NCBI GenBank assembly: GCA_041497195.1
Contig: JBGQGB010000003.1
Location: 20,260 to 84,259, forward strand
Length of the DNA stretch: 64,000 nucleotides
DNA from: Candidatus Doudnabacteria bacterium
GTDB taxonomy: Bacteria > Patescibacteriota > Doudnabacteria > UBA920 > 2-01-FULL-46-14
Direction: 5' to 3'
The translations under genes were made by a program, and so were the position numbers. The notes beneath the pieces were generated by a model that was not told where the DNA came from, made no database searches, and worked only from the letters and a program-made list of their open reading frames with translations. This document shows, one piece after another, positions 58,259 through 64,000 of the stretch; the stretch's first letter is position 1, and each line of letters opens with the position of its first letter.

Positions 58259-59310
58259 GTAAAATAGCGAAAATGCAACCTCAGCAGACGTCAGAGAAAA
58301 ATTTGTGGAACGAATTTATCGCCAGGCACTCCAGCCCGTCTTCGTTTTTGCAATCGTGGGAGTGGGGGCAGTTTCAAGCCTCGCTCGGCCAGCGGGTCCA
58401 CCGTCTGAAGCTCACGGACATGATGCAGGTGCAGGCGATCGTCAAAAAAATGCCTTTGGGTCGGGTGTATTTGGAACTGCCCAAAGGACCAGTTTGCCTT
58501 GAATCAAAAATCCGCAGTCGCGAATTGTGGAGAGATTTTTCGGCACAGCTAAGGGAAATCGGCAGACAGGAAAAAGCCGTGCTGGCCAGAATCAACCCTC
58601 CTTATGAACTGGTTCCTGATTTGGTTGAGGCAGGATTTCGGCCACCCGAGATACTTTTACGCCAACGGGAACCGGAACGGACTATTCTGGTGGATCTGGC
58701 AAGATCAGAAGATGAACTTCTCGAAAATATGCACGAGAAATCCCGCTATAATATCCGCCTGGCGCAGCGCAAAGGCGTGGTAGTCAGACTCGCTACTGCA
58801 GATAAAGGAGCATTTGAAACTTTTTTGAGACTGCTGGGGGAGACCACCAAGCGCGATAGTATCGTGTCCTGGCCGCGGGAGCGGTTTTGGAAATTTCGGG
58901 AAGTGTTTATGACTTCGTCTCCGAATCAGGAAACCCCTCACGCTGAACTTTTGGTCGGCGAATATAAAGGCGAAATCCTGGCTGCGGCAATTGTGATGCT
59001 TTTCGGCGACAGCGGCACATATCTCTACGCGGCTTCTTCCGCCCAGGAGCGCAGTGCCAATGCCCCGAGCCTGGTGCTCTGGGAGGCTATCAAGCTGACG
59101 AAGAGAGTCGGTAAAAAATGGTATGACATGTGGGGGGTGGCGCCAAACGATAGTCCTGAGCATTCTTGGGCAGGAATTACTCGGTTCAAGTCCCGGTATG
59201 TGAAATTGGGCGTCACTGGCAAAGATTTGATTCCGCCGGGAACAAGGGATTTGGTCTTGAACAAGCCTTTCTATTCGTTTTTCAAATTCGCGAAAAGATT
59301 TCGCCCTTGA
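58255..59310 (+). CDS. FemAB-family peptidoglycan interpeptide-bridge aminoacyltransferase (FemX-like)
   Basis: 351 aa. FLQSWEWGQF motif. 4-bp overlap with polA. Confidence 0.75.
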   Translation: MSKIAKMQPQQTSEKNLWNEFIARHSSPSSFLQSWEWGQFQASLGQRVHRLKLTDMMQVQAIVKKMPLGRVYLELPKGPVCLESKIRSRELWRDFSAQLREIGRQEKAVLARINPPYELVPDLVEAGFRPPEILLRQREPERTILVDLARSEDELLENMHEKSRYNIRLAQRKGVVVRLATADKGAFETFLRLLGETTKRDSIVSWPRERFWKFREVFMTSSPNQETPHAELLVGEYKGEILAAAIVMLFGDSGTYLYAASSAQERSANAPSLVLWEAIKLTKRVGKKWYDMWGVAPNDSPEHSWAGITRFKSRYVKLGVTGKDLIPPGTRDLVLNKPFYSFFKFAKRFRP

Positions 59311-59383
59311 CCCCAATGTTATTTTCTGTTAGATTTATCTTATTCAATTTTGCCTTTTGATTTTTAAGTTTTGAATTTTTTAG

Positions 59384-59647
59384 ATGCCAATCACCAAAAG
59401 TGCAGCCAAAGCCATGCGCGTCAGCGCCCGCCGTCGAACGATCAATCTGATCACGATCGGCAAATACAAAGATGCCATCAAGCCAGTCAGGCAAGCGGTG
59501 GCCGCCAAAAAGAAAGACGAAGCGCTCAAAGCCCTGCCCCAAGCTTATAAACATTTGGATAAGGCCGTGAAAAAGCGCGTGATTCATCCCAACAAAGCGG
59601 CCAGGCTCAAATCAAGATTGGCCACAGCCATAGCCAAGCTCACTTAA
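59384..59647 (+). CDS. rpsT: 30S ribosomal protein S20
   Basis: 87 aa. MPITKSAAKAMRVSARRR. Confidence 0.9.
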   Translation: MPITKSAAKAMRVSARRRTINLITIGKYKDAIKPVRQAVAAKKKDEALKALPQAYKHLDKAVKKRVIHPNKAARLKSRLATAIAKLT

Positions 59648-59676
59648 AAAAGAACGCTCTTGAGCGTTCTTTTTTC
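59646..59676. terminator. bidirectional terminator between rpsT (+) and uvrB (-)
   Basis: A-run, then hairpin AAGAACGCTC-TT-GAGCGTTCTT, then T-run. Confidence 0.6.
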
Positions 59677-59690
59677 ACATCAAAAAATAC

Positions 59691-61691
59691 TTAGACCCTG
59701 TGCTTGGTGCGTTTTAGAGATTTATTGATTTCAATAATCTGGTCGCGGAGCTCACTGGCTTTTTCGAATTCGAGGTTTTTGGACGCCAGGTCCATTCGCT
59801 CTTTGAGTTCCTCCAAATAGTATTTGACCTCTCCCCTATCCATCTTCGCATAATTCATTTCTGGTTTTGTTGACTCTGCTGCGATTTTTCCTCCAGCCAG
59901 TCGGCTTTCCCGAATTTCCTTATGGATACTTTGCGGGGTGATTCCATGTTTTTTGTTATAAGCTTTTTGAATTTTTTGCCGCCGCTCGACTTCGGTGATG
60001 GCGGCTTTCATCGAGCCTGTGATTTTATCCGCGTACATGATGACGTGCCCGTCCACGTGTCGGGAAGCGCGTCCCATCACCTGCAAGAGCGAGGTCTCGC
60101 TGCGTAAAAATCCTTCTTTGTCAGCGTCCAGGATGGCAATCAGGGACACCTCGGGCAAATCCAAACCCTCGCGTAAAAGATTGATCCCCACCACCACGTC
60201 GTAAATTCCCAAACGTAAATCTCTCAGGATTTCCAGCCGCTCAAATGTATCGATATCGGAATGGAGATAATGGGTTTTGATCCCGATTTCCTGCAGATAC
60301 TCTGCCAGTTCCTCGGCCATGCGCTTGGTCAGAGTCGTGACCAAAACGCGCTGCCCTTTCGCAATTCGTTTGTTAATTTCTTCCAAGAGATCATCGATTT
60401 GGTGCTTGGTCGGGTGGATGTCCACATCGGGATCGAGGAGTCCAGTGGGGCGGATCAACTGTTCTGCCACTTGTTTGGATTTGTTCAATTCATAGTCAGT
60501 GGGAGTGGCAGAGACAAAAATCGTCTGCTGGATTTTTTTTTGAAATTCTGTGAATTTCAAAGGGCGGTTGTCCATGGCGGAAGGGAGGCGAAAGCCGTAA
60601 TCAACCAGGGTTTGTTTGCGGGAGCGGTCCCCTTCGTACATTCCCCGAATCTGGGGGACTGTGATGTGCGATTCGTCTATAAATAACTGAAAATCATCCG
60701 GAAAATAGTCCAAAAGCGTGGACGGCGGCTCGCCCGGTTTGCGGAAATCGAGCTGGCGCGAGTAATTTTCAATTCCGTTGACATAGCCGGTCTCTACCAG
60801 CATCTCGATGTCAAAATTAGTGCGCTGTTCGATGCGCTGGGCCTCGAGGAGTTTATCGTGCTGTTTGAAAAATTTGAGCCTGTCCCGCAGCTCATCCCGG
60901 ATATTGTCGATAGCCGAAAGAATTTTGTCTTTGGGAGTTATAAAATGTTTCGCTGGAAACAATCGGTAAGAATCGTATTTTTTTTTTCCAGTGCCGGTGA
61001 GCGCGTCAAATTCACTGATTTTCTCCAAAGTATCGCCGAGGAAATCAAAGCGCACCACCCGATCCTCGTGGACCGGGACGATTTCCAGGACGTCGCCGCG
61101 CACGCGGAAAGTCCCTCGACGCAGGTCAATATCATTGCGGGAAAACTGCAAATCAACGATGCGCCGCAGCAGTTTATCGCGTTTGTAGGTTTGCCCTGTT
61201 TCCAGATCAAGGGACAGCTCCAGGTAATTGCTGGGATTGCCCAAGCCGTAGATGCACGATACCGAAGCCACGATGATCACGTCTTTGCGCGACAACAGCG
61301 CCTGGGTCGCGGCATTTCTCAGCCGATCGATTTCTTCGTTGATGTCTGTTTCTTTTTCAATGTATGTATCGCTACGAGGGATATAAGCTTCCGGCTGATA
61401 GTAATCATAATAAGAGACGAAATAATGCACGGCATTGTCTGGGAAGAATTCCTGAAACTCCGAAGCCAGCTGCGCGGTCAGAGTTTTGTTGTGGGAAATG
61501 ATCAGGGTGGGTTTTTGCAAACTTTGGATGACATTGGCCATGGTAAAAGTCTTGCCACTGCCCGTGACACCAAGGAGAGTTTGAAAATCGTATCCTTTCT
61601 TGATTCCGGCCACTAGTTTCTGAATCGCTTGTGGCTGGTCGCCCGTGGGCTTGAATTTGGATTTTAGAAGGAATTTGTTCATAGAGATCAA
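59691..61691 (-). CDS. uvrB: excinuclease ABC subunit B
   Basis: 666 aa. Walker A GVTGSGKT, helicase motifs and a C-terminal UvrC-interaction coiled coil. Confidence 0.95.
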   Translation of the reverse strand: MISMNKFLLKSKFKPTGDQPQAIQKLVAGIKKGYDFQTLLGVTGSGKTFTMANVIQSLQKPTLIISHNKTLTAQLASEFQEFFPDNAVHYFVSYYDYYQPEAYIPRSDTYIEKETDINEEIDRLRNAATQALLSRKDVIIVASVSCIYGLGNPSNYLELSLDLETGQTYKRDKLLRRIVDLQFSRNDIDLRRGTFRVRGDVLEIVPVHEDRVVRFDFLGDTLEKISEFDALTGTGKKKYDSYRLFPAKHFITPKDKILSAIDNIRDELRDRLKFFKQHDKLLEAQRIEQRTNFDIEMLVETGYVNGIENYSRQLDFRKPGEPPSTLLDYFPDDFQLFIDESHITVPQIRGMYEGDRSRKQTLVDYGFRLPSAMDNRPLKFTEFQKKIQQTIFVSATPTDYELNKSKQVAEQLIRPTGLLDPDVDIHPTKHQIDDLLEEINKRIAKGQRVLVTTLTKRMAEELAEYLQEIGIKTHYLHSDIDTFERLEILRDLRLGIYDVVVGINLLREGLDLPEVSLIAILDADKEGFLRSETSLLQVMGRASRHVDGHVIMYADKITGSMKAAITEVERRQKIQKAYNKKHGITPQSIHKEIRESRLAGGKIAAESTKPEMNYAKMDRGEVKYYLEELKERMDLASKNLEFEKASELRDQIIEINKSLKRTKHRV

Positions 61692-61760
61692 ATTTAATTA
61701 TAACAGTTTTTGGCATTTTCAGAAATATACTTTGGTAGAGAATTTTGCTAGAATAAGCTC

Positions 61761-62345
61761 ATGATTGGCTATCTTTCAGGCACCATCAAAGCAGTCCGCA
61801 AAAACTATGTCGTCCTTCTCGCCGGCGAGGTCGGGTACAAGGTTTTTGTTATCCCGCAGATTTCTTTGAGTGCGGAGCCAAACCAAAAATTGGCTTTGTT
61901 CATCCACACCCATGTCCGCGAGGACCAGCTGTCTTTGTTTGGTTTTTCGACTCTGCCGGAGCTGGACTTTTTCGAACTGCTCATCACTGTTTCCGGAGTT
62001 GGCCCCAAATTGGGCATGTCGATCATGTCTTTGGCTGATTTGGAAATGATCAAATCAGGAATAGTTAACGAAGACCCCACAGTGTTTACCAAAGTTTCTG
62101 GAGTCGGACAAAAGACATCGGAGCGTTTGATCGTGGAGCTCAAAGGCAAAATCACTGATGATCTGGGCGGGAAAGAAGAAGGGTTGCGGGGATTATCCCA
62201 AACGCATGCCGACGTGATTGATGTTTTGCTGGCTTTGGGATATTCGCGGACAGAGGCCAGGCAGGCGCTGGCCGAAGTGCCGCGGGAGGTGACCAATTCG
62301 CAGGACAAAATCCGGGAGGCGCTGCGCTCGCTCGCCAAGCATTAG
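61761..62345 (+). CDS. ruvA: Holliday junction DNA helicase RuvA
   Basis: 194 aa. MIGYLSGTI N-terminus, HhH motifs (GVGPKLG, GVGQKT). Confidence 0.9.
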   Translation: MIGYLSGTIKAVRKNYVVLLAGEVGYKVFVIPQISLSAEPNQKLALFIHTHVREDQLSLFGFSTLPELDFFELLITVSGVGPKLGMSIMSLADLEMIKSGIVNEDPTVFTKVSGVGQKTSERLIVELKGKITDDLGGKEEGLRGLSQTHADVIDVLLALGYSRTEARQALAEVPREVTNSQDKIREALRSLAKH

Positions 62346-62354
62346 GATTAATTT

Positions 62355-63635
62355 GTGAAAGATTTTTTTCGAAAATTTTTGGGCCGCAAGCTAATCAATT
62401 ATTATCATCTGGTCCAGGCCCTCCTGGCGAATTTTGTTTATGGTTTCCCTTCCCGGCAGCTGCATGTCATCGGGGTGACCGGGACAGATGGAAAAACAAC
62501 GACCGTCAATCTGATTGCCAGTATCCTCAAGGCCGCTGGTTTGCCGACTTCGTTTCTTTCAACCATCAATGCTCAAATCGGTAGCGAGGTTTTCGACACC
62601 GGGCTCCACACGACCACTCCAGACCCGTTTTTACTGCAGCGATTGCTGCGGCAGATGGTCCGCAGCGGCAGTCAATACGCGGTTTTAGAAGTAACCTCTC
62701 ATGCCCTCGAACAATTTCGGACCTGGGGAGTCCGATTTGAAACTGCAGTCATCACCAATGTTACGCACGAGCACCTAGATTACCACAAAACCTATGACCG
62801 TTACCTTAGCGCTAAAGCCGAGTTGTTTGCAAAAGTGGCCACTTTACCGAACGGGGCCATGGTCCTGAATCATGACGATCAAAGTTTTTCTCAGTTGGCC
62901 CGGTTTAGCGCCTCTAAAATTATCACATATGGTTTGACCAGCGAGGCGGATATTTGGGCAGACGTGATTGAGGAATCCTTGAGCGGGACCAAATTCAAAA
63001 TGCACGGGAGGTTTGGCGAATTTCCAGTGAGTCTCAAGCTTTTGGGCAAATTTAATGTTGTGAATGCTCTAGCCGCCGCCGCCGCCTGCTCAGCGTACGA
63101 GTTAGATATCGGTCATATTCTGACTGGATTGCAGGCTGTGGAGGCCGTTTCCGGGCGAATGGAATTTCTCAAAACATCCGGTGGTTTTGCAGTCGTGGTT
63201 GATTTTGCTCATACTCCGAATGCCCTCGAGGCTTTGTTTTCGTTTCTACGTCCCCGCGTGACGGGAAAAATTGTTTCGGTATTTGGCGTAGCTGGGCGAC
63301 GCGATGCTTCCAAGCGGCCACTTATGGGCGCCGTGGCAGATCAATATGCCGATCTCATTGTTTTAACCAGAGAGGATAACCGGTCCGAATCAGTGCAAAA
63401 AATTTGTGAGCAAGTCATGGCCGGAATCAAGCACAAAAAACAAAAGGATAATCTTTTCGTTATCCCTGACCGTAGGGCTGCGATAAATTTTGCTCTACGC
63501 CGGGCTCAAAGAAACGATTTGGTGGTCGTCACTGGCAAGGGTCACGAGCAGAGTCTCAATATCGACGGCACCGAATATCCTTGGGACGACCGGGTCGTGG
63601 CCGAGGAAGAACTCAAAAGTCTTAATTTATCGTAG
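62355..63635 (+). CDS. Mur ligase, MurE-like (UDP-MurNAc-tripeptide synthetase), lacking the usual N-terminal domain
   Basis: 426 aa. GVTGTDGKTTT P-loop, EVTSHAL, HEHLDYH. Confidence 0.7.
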   Translation: MKDFFRKFLGRKLINYYHLVQALLANFVYGFPSRQLHVIGVTGTDGKTTTVNLIASILKAAGLPTSFLSTINAQIGSEVFDTGLHTTTPDPFLLQRLLRQMVRSGSQYAVLEVTSHALEQFRTWGVRFETAVITNVTHEHLDYHKTYDRYLSAKAELFAKVATLPNGAMVLNHDDQSFSQLARFSASKIITYGLTSEADIWADVIEESLSGTKFKMHGRFGEFPVSLKLLGKFNVVNALAAAAACSAYELDIGHILTGLQAVEAVSGRMEFLKTSGGFAVVVDFAHTPNALEALFSFLRPRVTGKIVSVFGVAGRRDASKRPLMGAVADQYADLIVLTREDNRSESVQKICEQVMAGIKHKKQKDNLFVIPDRRAAINFALRRAQRNDLVVVTGKGHEQSLNIDGTEYPWDDRVVAEEELKSLNLS

Positions 63636-63643
63636 TACTTGGT

Positions 63644-63997
63644 ATGGAGCTTTTCATTGACACTACCCAAACCGATCAATTATTTTTAGCGCTTGTGGAC
63701 AAAGGCAAAATCCTGGCTTCGTTTCATAGGTCGCTTCACACACTCTCGGAAAATTTATTGCCAGAGATAGCTACATTTTTGCAAAAACACAAATTGTCAC
63801 TAGGGGATCTGACTGGGGTTGTGGTCAATCCCGGTCCCGGAGCATTTTCCGCGACCCGCACCGGAGTCGCCACAGCCAATGCCTTGGCCTTTGCCCTCGG
63901 CGTTAAGGTGCGAGAATCCCCCAGCGGTCGCACCCGTGATCTAGTTTTGCCTAAATACGACCAGCAGCCACACATTACGCAACCTAAAAATCAGTGA
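63644..63997 (+). CDS. short TsaB-like (inactive Kae1/YeaZ homolog) protein
   Basis: 117 aa, resembling only the N-terminal half of TsaB. Confidence 0.5.
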   Translation: MELFIDTTQTDQLFLALVDKGKILASFHRSLHTLSENLLPEIATFLQKHKLSLGDLTGVVVNPGPGAFSATRTGVATANALAFALGVKVRESPSGRTRDLVLPKYDQQPHITQPKNQ

Positions 63998-64000
63998 GTA

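Overview
The window is mostly housekeeping genes centred on a bacterial chromosomal origin. The origin signature is rpmH-rnpA-yidD-yidC-jag on the minus strand, facing dnaA-dnaN-recF and a DUF721/DciA-like gene on the plus strand, with DnaA-box-like motifs in the flanking intergenic regions.

Other core genes are tsaD (3' end), maf, valS, rpoC, rpoB, rpsA, gyrA, yebC-ruvC, tyrS, a PBP1A-like gene with an O-antigen-ligase-like gene, ruvB, pepA, tsaE, nrnA, a GspE/PilB-type ATPase, polA, a FemAB-family gene, rpsT, uvrB, ruvA, a MurE-like ligase and a short TsaB-like protein. Three tRNAs are present: Leu-UAA and Cys-GCA in tandem, and an Ile tRNA with a TAT anticodon.

A compact sugar-phosphate cluster runs tkt, SAM-methyltransferase, glpX, LacD-like class I aldolase, transaldolase, four-helix-bundle protein, archaeal-type PGI/PMI and a secreted PQQ/SGDH-type dehydrogenase.

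This cluster is interrupted by an AT-rich two-gene nuclease module, an HNH endonuclease overlapping a VRR-NUC-like PD-(D/E)xK nuclease, with its own candidate promoter and terminator. The cluster is also punctuated by three copies of a phased-octamer repeat (NNNNACTT x5). Two copies are identical over 38 nt, and the repeat abuts start codons and supplies the last codons and stop of the upstream genes.

Other points worth a second look:
- a terminator-bounded ~330 bp non-coding island upstream of polA carrying a strong SD and a 10-codon ORF;
- C-rich CCCCACCC repeats between dnaA and dnaN;
- an orphan RsbW-like GHKL kinase after valS;
- a valS HIGH motif that reads HLGS;
- an atypical pilin-like membrane protein;
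- a GGDEF / tRNA-binding / dual-HTH regulator cluster.

The gene content (short YidC, FemAB, DciA-like, type IV pilus parts, tRNA-Ile UAU, small genes, ~50% GC) resembles a small-genome uncultured lineage such as CPR/Patescibacteria, but I cannot confirm this from the sequence. Gene names rest on motif-level recognition of the translated ORFs, not on database searches.
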